From assembly GCA_905478165.1 (NCBI GenBank), contig CAJQHK010000005.1, forward strand, positions 1 to 61,513: DNA of 61,513 bases, written 5' to 3'. Of this stretch, positions 9,964 through 18,521 are shown piece after piece. Under the pieces are notes generated by a model, which did no database searches, had not been told where the DNA came from, and was given only the letters and a program-made list of their open reading frames with translations. Each line of letters begins with the position of its first letter. The first letter of the stretch is position 1. The position numbers and the translations under genes are program-made. This stretch comes from an uncultured Rickettsiales bacterium (GTDB lineage Bacteria > Pseudomonadota > Alphaproteobacteria > Rickettsiales > UBA1997).

Positions 9964-12333
9964 TTATCTTCCCCCATCTCGTAATATGCCACCAAAACTC
10001 TGTACAGAATTAATAATTTTATCAGATAAAACTTCAATTTCAGCATTTTCTAAAGTTTTTTCTTTTGGGGACAAAATAACTGAAAAAGCAATTGATTTTT
10101 TACCCTCTTCAATTTTATCGCCTTGATAGAGGTCAAAAATATTGATATCAGAAATTAGATTTTTGTCAATTTTAGAGATAGATTTTAAGATATCTCCCGC
10201 CTTAATATTCTTATCTAAAATAAATGCAAAATCTCTCTTTACCCTCTGAAAATCAGATACTTCTAAAGCTTTGTTTTTTCTTTTTTTATTATTTTTAGGT
10301 AAATTATCTAAGAAAATTTCAAAAATATTAACTTTTTTCTTTAAAGAAAATTTATTTAAAATAACTGGGTGTATTTCACCAAAATAACCGATGATATTTT
10401 TACCTAATTTTACCGCACCAGACTTGTAAGGATGATAATATTTTGGCAAATCTTCGGTGATTTGAAAAGAGTCTGAATTAAAACCAAGTATCTCTAGAAC
10501 GTCAAAAAGATCCTTCTTAACATCAAAAATATCAAACCCCCTACTCTGCCCAAAATGATCTCTAATTGACTCCAAGCCAAACCTTACCCCAGCAACAGAC
10601 TCAGTTTGATGTTCTGGCTTTGTTCCAAGAAAAATTTTACCAATTTCAAAAAATGATAGGTCAGAAAAATCTCTAACATTATTTTTTGCAACAGATTCAA
10701 GTAACCCAATTGCTAAATTTGGCCTCATATAATTTAAATCTTCTGAAATTGGATTATTTAAAAATAAACTATCCTCATTATCAGAAAAATTCTTAGAAAT
10801 ATTTGAATTAACAAAAGAAAAATTAATAATCTCATCCATCTTAGAATTTATTAACAAATCTCTAATCTGGCTAATTTTAGAAGTTTTTCTTGCTAAAAGA
10901 GGTTTGTCAATAATATGAGGAACAATATTATCGTAACCATTAATTCTGGCAACCTCTTCAACCAAATCCTGATCTATCTTTATGTCATTTCTATGGGTTG
11001 GAATTATAATTTGATAATTCTTATCCAACTTTTTTTCTAAGACAAAATCTAGGCTCCTTAAAATATTTTCAACCTTACTACTCTCTATCTTAAATCCTAG
11101 AATTTGCTCTATTTTATTGAAATTAAAATCAATTTTCTGCTCTTTTGGTAAATTATTTTGAGCTAAGATGATATTAGAAACCTTACCACCACAAATCTCT
11201 AAAATTAATCTAGTAGCCAATTCAATAGCAACTTTTGCTGTCTTGATGTCAATCCTTCTTTCAAAACGATAGCGAGATTCAGAAAGTAAATTTAACCCTC
11301 TACCACTCTTAGAAACCGAAATATCATCAAAAAAAGCAGCTTCTAGTAAAATATTTTCAGTATCCTCATCTGTAGTACTGCATTTTCCGCCCATGATACC
11401 AGCAATACCGAGAATTTTCTGCTCATCACTAACAACCAGATCATCTTCAGATAATTTGTATTGCAAATCTTTCAAGGATAAAAACTCCTCTCCATCATTT
11501 GCTTTTCGCACAGTAATGTCGCCTTGCAATTTATCAACATCATAAGAATGCATTGGCTGATTGAGACAAAACATTACATAATTAGTGACGTCAACAATGG
11601 CAGAAATAGAATTTTGACCAATAGCAGTTAATTTATTAGTAAGCCATTCTGGTGAAGGACAATTTTTAACTCCCTTAATTTCTCTAGCAAAAAAATGTGA
11701 ACAATTGGAATCTATAATGTCAATTTTAATATCAGAACTAAATTCACCCTTTATCTCCTTAATATTTAATGCCTTTAATTTATAGCCATCGAGAGCTGAC
11801 AAATCACGAGCAATGCCATACACACCAAGACAATCGCCACGATTTGGCGTAATATTAACATCAAGGACAGTATCCCTCTTATAAATCTCACTTAATTTGT
11901 CGCCAATTTTATATTTCTCATCAATCTCAATTATTCCCTCGCCATCATTACTTATATTGAGTTCGGCACCAGAACAAATCATGCCATTACTTTCGATCCC
12001 TGCAATTTTAGCTTTCTTAATTTTCATTCCATTTGAAGGAATTAAAGATCCAATTTTAGCGAAAGCAATTTTAATACCAGTTCTGGCATTTTTAGCGCCA
12101 CAAATTACTTGCAAAACTTCATTCCCCACATCAACTTTACAAATTTGTAATTTTATTGATTCTGGATGAGGCGATGCTTCAATAATTTTTGCCACTGTAA
12201 AACTTTCTAAAAAAGTAGATTCATTAGAAACCTCTTCAATTTCAAGACCAATATTTGTAAGATCATCAGCAATCTCATTTGCCAACTTATCTGTTTCTAA
12301 ATATTCTTTTAACCAATTTAATGTAAATTTCAT
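9964..12333 (-). CDS. pheT: Phenylalanine--tRNA ligase beta subunit
   Basis: 789 aa with the MKFTLNWLKEY N-terminus, a tRNA-binding (EMAP-like) domain, and B3/4, B5 and C-terminal FDX-ACB regions. pheS is not adjacent. Confidence 0.9.
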   Translation of the reverse strand: MKFTLNWLKEYLETDKLANEIADDLTNIGLEIEEVSNESTFLESFTVAKIIEASPHPESIKLQICKVDVGNEVLQVICGAKNARTGIKIAFAKIGSLIPSNGMKIKKAKIAGIESNGMICSGAELNISNDGEGIIEIDEKYKIGDKLSEIYKRDTVLDVNITPNRGDCLGVYGIARDLSALDGYKLKALNIKEIKGEFSSDIKIDIIDSNCSHFFAREIKGVKNCPSPEWLTNKLTAIGQNSISAIVDVTNYVMFCLNQPMHSYDVDKLQGDITVRKANDGEEFLSLKDLQYKLSEDDLVVSDEQKILGIAGIMGGKCSTTDEDTENILLEAAFFDDISVSKSGRGLNLLSESRYRFERRIDIKTAKVAIELATRLILEICGGKVSNIILAQNNLPKEQKIDFNFNKIEQILGFKIESSKVENILRSLDFVLEKKLDKNYQIIIPTHRNDIKIDQDLVEEVARINGYDNIVPHIIDKPLLARKTSKISQIRDLLINSKMDEIINFSFVNSNISKNFSDNEDSLFLNNPISEDLNYMRPNLAIGLLESVAKNNVRDFSDLSFFEIGKIFLGTKPEHQTESVAGVRFGLESIRDHFGQSRGFDIFDVKKDLFDVLEILGFNSDSFQITEDLPKYYHPYKSGAVKLGKNIIGYFGEIHPVILNKFSLKKKVNIFEIFLDNLPKNNKKRKNKALEVSDFQRVKRDFAFILDKNIKAGDILKSISKIDKNLISDINIFDLYQGDKIEEGKKSIAFSVILSPKEKTLENAEIEVLSDKIINSVQSFGGILRDGGR

Positions 12334-12369
12334 CTTAATATTTTTTAACTCCCAAAGGAAAATTTTTAA

Positions 12370-13095
12370 CTATAGATACTGCTTCAACTGACTTAAAAAC
12401 TCACCATTTTTATCCTCATAAATAGCACGACCAATTATTACGCCCTCAACTCCAAACTGTTTGATTGTATAAATTTTTTCAACATTAGAAATGGAATCAA
12501 CGCCGCCAGATGCGATAATAGGTATATTAGAATTTTCCGCAAGTATTTTTGTAGCCTCAATATTTACCCCCTGCATTGTGCCGTCACGCATGATGTCGGT
12601 GTAAATAATAGCAGCAATTTTTGACTTAGAAAATTTTTTCGCTAGGTCAATAATTTTTACATCAGACTTTTTAACCCAACCGTCAATTGCTACAAAACCT
12701 TGTTTAGCATCAATGCCTACAATTATTTGACCTGGGAACCTCTCTGCAGCCTCAATAACCAAATCAGGATCTGTCAAGGCCGCAGTTCCAATGATTACTC
12801 TTTTAACGCCAACAGAAAGCCATTTCTCAATTTGCTCTAAATTTCTAATACCGCCCCCAATTTGAACTGGAATCTTAACATTATTAACAATTTCTTGCAC
12901 TATTTGACCATTAATAGATGCTCCAACAATAGCGCCATCTAAATCAACAATATGAAGAAATTTAAAGCCGCTTTCCTCGAAAAACCTAGCTTGAGCTAAT
13001 GGCGAGTCATTAAATATCGTTGCCTTTTTCATGTCCCCCTGATAAAGCCTGACGCATTTACCTTCTTTTAAATCAATTGCTGGATATATGTTCAT
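12370..13095 (-). CDS. hisA: ProFAR isomerase (1-(5-phosphoribosyl)-5-[(5-phosphoribosylamino)methylideneamino]imidazole-4-carboxamide isomerase)
   Basis: 241-aa TIM barrel with IYPAIDLKEGKCVRL, VDLDGA and ASGGV motifs. No hisH or hisF is adjacent. Confidence 0.88.
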   Translation of the reverse strand: MNIYPAIDLKEGKCVRLYQGDMKKATIFNDSPLAQARFFEESGFKFLHIVDLDGAIVGASINGQIVQEIVNNVKIPVQIGGGIRNLEQIEKWLSVGVKRVIIGTAALTDPDLVIEAAERFPGQIIVGIDAKQGFVAIDGWVKKSDVKIIDLAKKFSKSKIAAIIYTDIMRDGTMQGVNIEATKILAENSNIPIIASGGVDSISNVEKIYTIKQFGVEGVIIGRAIYEDKNGEFLSQLKQYL

Positions 13096-13102
13096 TATGT
13101 TA

Positions 13103-13885
13103 TTATAAAAATTGCTCTCTAATAATTCTCTCTTCCAAGGTATGATCCTTATCAGATAAAATTCTAAAATCCCTACTTTTTAGTTGAAAAACCTCGACCT
13201 CTTTAATATTTTTAACCTCAAAAAAATCAGCAGAAGCACTTACCGGACGATTATATGGGTCAGAAACCTTAAATTTAAAAACAGAATCTTCTGGTAAAAT
13301 TGCACCCTTCCAACTTCTTGGTCTAAATGGGCTAATTGGAGTTAAAGCTAAAGATCTCGATCCAAATGGGATAATAGTTCCCTTCAATGATAAATTATAG
13401 CCAGTACTGCCGGCAGGAGTGGCAACCAAGATCCCATCGCATATTAGCTGCTCCACCCTAACTTTATTATTAACATTTATTTCAATTTTTGCTGCTTGAT
13501 TTTTTTGTCGCCACAAATATACATCATTAATTGCTATGTAGCTATGACAAATATTATCAACATCAATAGCGCGCATCTGCAGAGGGTAAAGAATAGTTTC
13601 AACCGATTCTTCGATAGATTTTAATAAAGTATCACTATCGATATTCATCATAAAACCAATTGTACCGTAGTTAATTCCATATATTGGTATTTTTAAAAAC
13701 TGATAAGCATGAAGGGAGTGCAGCAAAAAACCATCACCACCGAGGGTAACTAAAAGGTCTATTTCTTGATTTTTATCTGATTCATAATCAATAAAGCTAA
13801 ATCTCTTTATGAGCTCTTTCTTTCTTTCAAAGGCGCCTGGTTTAATGCTTGAAATGATGCCGATTTTCTTATACTTCATATCCAT
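13103..13885 (-). CDS. nadK: NAD kinase
   Basis: 260 aa with GGDGFLLH and the ATPAGSTGYNLS motif. Confidence 0.85.
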   Translation of the reverse strand: MDMKYKKIGIISSIKPGAFERKKELIKRFSFIDYESDKNQEIDLLVTLGGDGFLLHSLHAYQFLKIPIYGINYGTIGFMMNIDSDTLLKSIEESVETILYPLQMRAIDVDNICHSYIAINDVYLWRQKNQAAKIEINVNNKVRVEQLICDGILVATPAGSTGYNLSLKGTIIPFGSRSLALTPISPFRPRSWKGAILPEDSVFKFKVSDPYNRPVSASADFFEVKNIKEVEVFQLKSRDFRILSDKDHTLEERIIREQFL

Positions 13886-13911
13886 TTATTAGTGATCTAA
13901 CCAAACTATAA

Positions 13912-14059
13912 TACCAATTATCAAATTTAACTACATATTTAGCAAAAAGATTTTTCTTTTAGATTTTTCTAAAAAACTCTTAGAATATTGGTGGTGTTTT
14001 GAGTTTTTTAGAGAAAAAATAGAAGGTAAATGTTATAGTTAAGTTTGATTATTGGTATA
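13912..14059. repeat. MITE-like palindromic element, family P1 (full copy, 148 bp)
   Basis: The terminal inverted repeats are ataccaattatcaaatttaactaca and tgttatagttaagtttgattattggtat. An internal 11-bp inverted repeat is also present (ctaaaaaactc/gagttttttag). A near-identical copy lies at 20022-20167. Confidence 0.8.
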
Positions 14060-14060
14060 A

Positions 14061-14177
14061 TACCAAAATCCATCTTAAAATAAGAAATATATCAAAATAT
14101 TTTTACCTATCATTTGTAAAAAGATGAAAATACATTACTTAACTTGTAATACAGTCTTTAAGATGGATCTTGATATA
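14061..14177. repeat. MITE-like palindromic element, family P2 (117 bp)
   Basis: The inverted termini are ataccaaaatccatcttaaaa and tctttaagatggatcttgatat. It abuts P1 through the junction ggTATAATacc, the same junction as at 20165-20170. Confidence 0.75.
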
Positions 14178-14294
14178 ATACAAGCAGTACCAACTCAATA
14201 TAAAGTAGTTACTATTGGAATCAATAATGATTTTGACAAAATTAGATTTAGAGGGTAATATAAATAAACCCCTGAGCAATACTAATTATTATTT

Positions 14295-15395
14295 ATGATT
14301 AAAGCAAAATCCTATATTGAAAATATAAAACCCTACATAGCCGGGAAAAGCAAAATTGGCAATAAGAATGTCATCAAGTTATCATCTAATGAAAACTCTC
14401 TAGGCTCTAGTAATAAAGCTATAGAGGCTTATAAAAGTACATCCGATCAACTTTTTCGCTATCCAGACGGACCATCCTCTGAGCTGCGCGAGGCAATTGC
14501 TAAAAAATATAACATTAAAAAAGAAAGGATTACCTGTGGAGCAGGAAGTGATGAAATTATATCATTATTGATTGAAGCTTTTGCTGGTGATGGAGATGCT
14601 ATTATTCAAAGTGAATATGGTTTTTTAATGTATCAAATTTCAGCAACAAAATTTGGTGCCAAAACCATTAAAGCTAAAGAGACAAATTTAAAAACTGATA
14701 TCAATGAGATAATAAAACTAATTTCAAGCAAAACTAAAATTATTTTCATTGCAAACCCAAATAATCCAACAGGATCTTATATTAACAAGGTTGAATTAGA
14801 TAAATTAATTCAAAATACTCCAAAAAATATTATCATCGCTATGGATTTAGCTTACGCTGAGTATATTGATGAAAGTGATTATCCAAATATCATAGAATAT
14901 GTTAAAAATTATGAAAATGTTATTATGATGAGAACATTTTCAAAAATTCATGGTCTAGCAGCCCTTCGTCTTGGTTGGTGCTATTCATCTCAATATATTG
15001 CCGATTCTTTAAATAAGGTTCGTGGCCCATTTAATGTCTCTATGGCAGCGCAAAAAGCTGGAATTGCAGCTATAAATGACATTGAATTCGTTAAAAAATC
15101 GAAAGATTACAATAAAGAACAGTTAGAGTTTGTTAAAAATGAATTATTAAGATTAAATATAAAATTTTATACTTCTTTTGCCAACTTTATTTTAATTGAT
15201 TTTAAAAATGAAAATAATTGCCAAAAAATTAATCAATATTTATTAAATAATGGCATAATAATTAGGGATATGAAAGCCTATAATTTGCCGCATTGCCTAA
15301 GGATGACTATTGGCATGATGGAGGAAAATAAAGAATTTATCAGATTGATTGAAAGTTTCTTCCAAAAAACTGATCCTATCATAAAAACTGTGTAA
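14295..15395 (+). CDS. hisC: Histidinol-phosphate aminotransferase
   Basis: 366 aa, class-II aminotransferase. It has the PLP-lysine block RTFSKIHGLAALRLGW and the N-terminal LSSNEN motif. Confidence 0.88.
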   Translation: MIKAKSYIENIKPYIAGKSKIGNKNVIKLSSNENSLGSSNKAIEAYKSTSDQLFRYPDGPSSELREAIAKKYNIKKERITCGAGSDEIISLLIEAFAGDGDAIIQSEYGFLMYQISATKFGAKTIKAKETNLKTDINEIIKLISSKTKIIFIANPNNPTGSYINKVELDKLIQNTPKNIIIAMDLAYAEYIDESDYPNIIEYVKNYENVIMMRTFSKIHGLAALRLGWCYSSQYIADSLNKVRGPFNVSMAAQKAGIAAINDIEFVKKSKDYNKEQLEFVKNELLRLNIKFYTSFANFILIDFKNENNCQKINQYLLNNGIIIRDMKAYNLPHCLRMTIGMMEENKEFIRLIESFFQKTDPIIKTV

Positions 15396-15399
15396 ACAA

Positions 15400-16470
15400 C
15401 TTTCTATTTTAGCTAATTTTCATTCCTAAATTTCTTAAAAATCTCTAGGAAATCTATCAGTAAAAATGATAGCAAATTGGTTCAATGCTTGTTTCCAATT
15501 ATGGATTGGCATTGTCCATTTTTTCTCTATATTTCTTAAAGCTAAATATAAAAGCTTAGAAATAGCAATGTCATTTTTTAATATTGATCTATTTTTAATA
15601 ATTTTTCTAAGACTATAATTGGCAGATTCGATAGCATTGGTAGTGTATATAGCCTTTCTGATATAATCAGGATATTCTAGGAATGGTATGATTTATAGCC
15701 AATTTCTTTCCCAAGAATCAGCAATTGCAGGATATTTGTCATCCCATCTTTTTTTGAATTCTTCTAGATTTTACTTGGCATGTTTTTCGTTTATAGCTGA
15801 ATAAATAGACTTTAAATCTTTGGAAACTTCTTTTTTTTCTTTGTGAGGTGCATATTTAAGGGAGTGTCTGACCATGTGAACAATACAGAGTTGAACCTTG
15901 GTATCTGGGAATATCGAGTTAATAGCATCAGGAAAGCCTTTTAACCCATCAACGCAGGCTATAAAATATCACTAACTCCCCTATTATTTAATTCAGTTAC
16001 AACTTTAAGCCAGAATTTAGCTCCTTCATTTTTATCTATCCAAAAGCCCAGAACTTCTTTTATTCCATCCATATTAACTCCTATAGCCAGATGAACAGCT
16101 TTATTGATGAATTCTACCTTCATCATTACTTTTTATTCTAATAGAGTCCATGCGTATTATAGGATAGACTTCATCCAACGGTCTATTTTGCCAATAATTT
16201 AATTCGGTGATAATTGAGTCAGTAACATTAGAAATAAAATCTTTAGAAACATCCGTACCATAGATATCTTTTAGATGACCTTGTATTTCAGACATCGTCA
16301 TTCCTCTTGCATACATAGAGATAATATTATCATCACAATTGCTTGCGATTGCAACTTCTTACCTAAAAATAATATTTTAAGTAAAACCGAGAATCTATTT
16401 TGTCTTTTTCCTATTATTTGGGGCAAACACTCTCTAAGGTGTCACTCAAAGTTGCATTCACCAAATCAAT
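15400..16470 (-). pseudogene. IS256-family (Mutator-type) transposase, multiply frameshifted and N-terminally truncated
   Basis: The 71-aa ORF at 16101-16316 reads MYARGMTMSEIQGHLKDIYGTDVSKDFISNVTDSIITELNYWQNRPLDEVYPII. The downstream reverse frames continue with [22 protein letters not shown]...NEGAKFWL...[14 protein letters not shown]...VQLCIVHMVRHSLKY, interrupted by stops. Confidence 0.8.
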
Positions 16471-16487
16471 GACACTCCTCATAATAT

Positions 16488-16736
16488 CTATTTTATAGGG
16501 TCATTTCCACCTCTAGAAAAAGGGTGGCACTTACAAATTCTTACAATTCCAAAAAAACTCCCCCTAATTATACCATTTTTTTTAATATTTTCCATAAAAT
16601 AATTTGAACAAGTAGGGTAAAAACGACATTTTCCATATCCAAAAAATAGAGAAAAGCATATTTGATATGCTTTAATTAGAAAAATCATACTAATTTCCAC
16701 CTTTAAAGTTATTTTTTTTAAAATATTTTTATTCAT
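16488..16736 (-). CDS. yidD: Membrane protein insertion efficiency factor YidD
   Basis: It carries CRFYPTCSNYFMENIKKNG...CKCHPFSRGGNDP, the YidD signature. The first 16 codons (MNKNILKKITLKVEIS) are encoded by a P3 repeat, so the native start is probably the ATG at 16688. It is not next to rnpA or yidC. Confidence 0.85.
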   Translation of the reverse strand: MNKNILKKITLKVEISMIFLIKAYQICFSLFFGYGKCRFYPTCSNYFMENIKKNGIIRGSFFGIVRICKCHPFSRGGNDPIK

Positions 16737-16833
16737 AAGTTATTTAAAAATACCCTTCTTTGATGGACAAAGCACAATAGAACTAAAGAAAATTTTTTTA
16801 GTTTACATATTCTAAAGGCAAGAGGTGTTATCA
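16687..16833. repeat. Degenerate family-P3 repeat filling the yidD-rluC spacer
   Basis: The left 60 bp (atactaatttccacctttaaagtt...aaaatatttttattcataagttatt) align with P3 copies at 52391 and 42200 (reverse complement). The right end (ctaaaggcaagaggtgttat) matches the P3 terminus only weakly (about 14/22). Confidence 0.55.
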
Positions 16834-17729
16834 TTGACATTATTACGCTTTTCATAATTCTTAATAAACTCTGGTAATTCACTTTTAATTGCTAAATTTT
16901 CACCAAAAAAATCTAATATTTCAATTTTAAAAGCGTGGAGCGCTAACCTTTTAAAAGCATTGTGATCTCTTTTGCCATATTTGTAATCACCTAAAATTGG
17001 ATAACCAATTTCTTTTAGATGAACTCGGAGTTGATGAGTCCTGCCGGTTATAGGCTTTAACTCTACTAAAGAAATATTATTTTGTGAACTAAGAATCTTA
17101 TATTGAGTAATCGCCTCTTTACCATCCTCATCAACATAGACTTTTTCATTTTTACCTTGATATTTTTTTAATAATGGTAAATTAATTTCTCCTATCTTTT
17201 TTACTGGAGTACCAGCAATTAACGCTAGATAAGTTTTGTTAATTTTTTTATTTTTAAATTTTTCTAGTAAAATTTCTGCCACCCCTCTATTTCTGGCAAT
17301 TAATAAAATTCCACTCGTATCCTTATCTAAACGATGAACTAATCTGGGGGTTTGATCTTGATCAAATTTTAAATATGGTAAAACATTATCCACGGAAAAC
17401 TTAATATTTGATCCACCTTGAGTAGCAATGCCACTAATTTTATTAATTACAATAAGATTGTCATCCTTGTAAATAATATTTTTAGTAATCTTTTCTAAAT
17501 TTTCTTTGGAAATTGTAGGTTTTTTGATTGGCTTTTTAGAGATGTCAATATCCGGGATACTAACTTCATCACCCTCCTCTATTTTATAACCAATCTTGAT
17601 AACCTTACCATTAATTAGGATCTGTTTTTTTCTAACTAATTTTTGCGATAAGGAGAATCCTAAGGCTTTTTTTGCTAAAAATTTTTCTATTCTTGTACCA
17701 ACATCATCTGGCGATATTTTTATTTTCAA
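16812..17729 (-). CDS. rluC: RluA-family 23S rRNA pseudouridine synthase (RluC/RluD-like)
   Basis: 305 aa with an N-terminal S4 domain and the catalytic HRLDKDTSGILLIA. The ORF opens with TTG. Confidence 0.8.
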   Translation of the reverse strand: MKIKISPDDVGTRIEKFLAKKALGFSLSQKLVRKKQILINGKVIKIGYKIEEGDEVSIPDIDISKKPIKKPTISKENLEKITKNIIYKDDNLIVINKISGIATQGGSNIKFSVDNVLPYLKFDQDQTPRLVHRLDKDTSGILLIARNRGVAEILLEKFKNKKINKTYLALIAGTPVKKIGEINLPLLKKYQGKNEKVYVDEDGKEAITQYKILSSQNNISLVELKPITGRTHQLRVHLKEIGYPILGDYKYGKRDHNAFKRLALHAFKIEILDFFGENLAIKSELPEFIKNYEKRNNVNDNTSCL

Positions 17730-17748
17730 TAAAAAATTTAGTATCTAA

Positions 17749-17879
17749 TGTCAATTCCCACCTATAATGCTTAAATAGGCAAAATAATTTTAGATAAAAA
17801 ATTATACTTAATATGAAGAGCGTGTTTAGTTAAAAAATATAAAGTATAATTATATAACATTATAGGTGGTAATTGTCAC
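17749..17879. repeat. Palindromic element, family P4 (131 bp)
   Basis: The inverted termini are tgtcaattcccacctataatg and cattataggtggtaattgtca. It shares the caattcccacct core with P3. Confidence 0.7.
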
Positions 17880-17888
17880 AATTGAATT

Positions 17889-17918
17889 GCAAAAACGGCT
17901 CATGTAAGCTGTTTTTGC
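17889..17918 (-). terminator. Hairpin downstream of hpf (possible intrinsic terminator)
   Basis: gcaaaaacggct-catgta-agctgtttttgc forms an 11-12-bp stem immediately after the hpf stop. The trailing U-run is poor. Confidence 0.3.
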
Positions 17919-17924
17919 AAAAGC

Positions 17925-18521
17925 CTAATAACCCGTTTTTAGATCAATCAATGAAATATTACCATCCTTGCGATGATAAACAACATTAATATGTTTGCTC
18001 TGTATATTAACAAAGACAAGGGCTGGAAGGTTGGCTAAGTTCATCTTCATAATCGCCTCATCAACCGTAATGGTTTCGATGTTGGTTATTTTTTCATTAA
18101 TAATGTCAAAAGGTTTTTGATTTTCATTAGCCGAATCATCTTCATCCTGCTCAGAAATAACATATTTTGGAGATTCATAAATTGAATTTAAAAAATCAAT
18201 CTCTCCAGAATTCATAACCTTATGATGATTTTTTAACTTTCGCTTATATCTTCTGAGTTGTTTTGCCGCCTTATCTTTGGCGCTGTTAAATGCGCAATAA
18301 GCATCTCCAGCATTAGCGTCACTCTTTACCCTAACTCCTCCCTTAACACCCTCATTAATTAGGATAACTACTTTAAAGTCCGAAACTTCCTTACTAAAAT
18401 TTACCTGAGCATCAATGGCTCTACTAAAATACTTAGTAACTTCCTTTTCAAGACTGTCTCTAACATGATTTGTCAAAGAATCGCCAATCTCCATATTGGC
18501 ACCGATAGTTCTAATTTTCAT
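17925..18521 (-). CDS. hpf: Ribosome hibernation promoting factor (long form)
   Basis: 198 aa with an S30AE/sigma54-modulation N-domain (MEIGDSLTNHVRDSLEKEVTKYF) plus a C-terminal dimerisation domain. Confidence 0.85.
   Translation of the reverse strand: MKIRTIGANMEIGDSLTNHVRDSLEKEVTKYFSRAIDAQVNFSKEVSDFKVVILINEGVKGGVRVKSDANAGDAYCAFNSAKDKAAKQLRRYKRKLKNHHKVMNSGEIDFLNSIYESPKYVISEQDEDDSANENQKPFDIINEKITNIETITVDEAIMKMNLANLPALVFVNIQSKHINVVYHRKDGNISLIDLKTGY

Noticed and set aside
9727-10126. ORFs 9727-9927 and 9887-10126 on the plus strand.
   Set aside because: They run through the erpA 3' end, tRNA-Arg and the antisense strand of pheT, so they are artefacts of the ORF caller.
16275-16472. 65-aa plus-strand ORF next to yidD.
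   Set aside because: It is antisense to the IS256 transposase relic and has no independent support.
17749-17754. An outward-facing TTGACA at the P4 terminus as a promoter for rluC.
   Set aside because: The only -10 candidate at 17-nt spacing (TATTGA) overlaps the rluC TTG start codon. That would leave no leader, so it is not credible as drawn.
17835-17865. dif-like (XerCD) AT-rich palindrome tataattatataacattatagg, considered because ftsK is in the window.
   Set aside because: It matches the CATAATGTATATTATG-type dif core only partially. It is part of the P4 repeat arm, which explains the palindromy.
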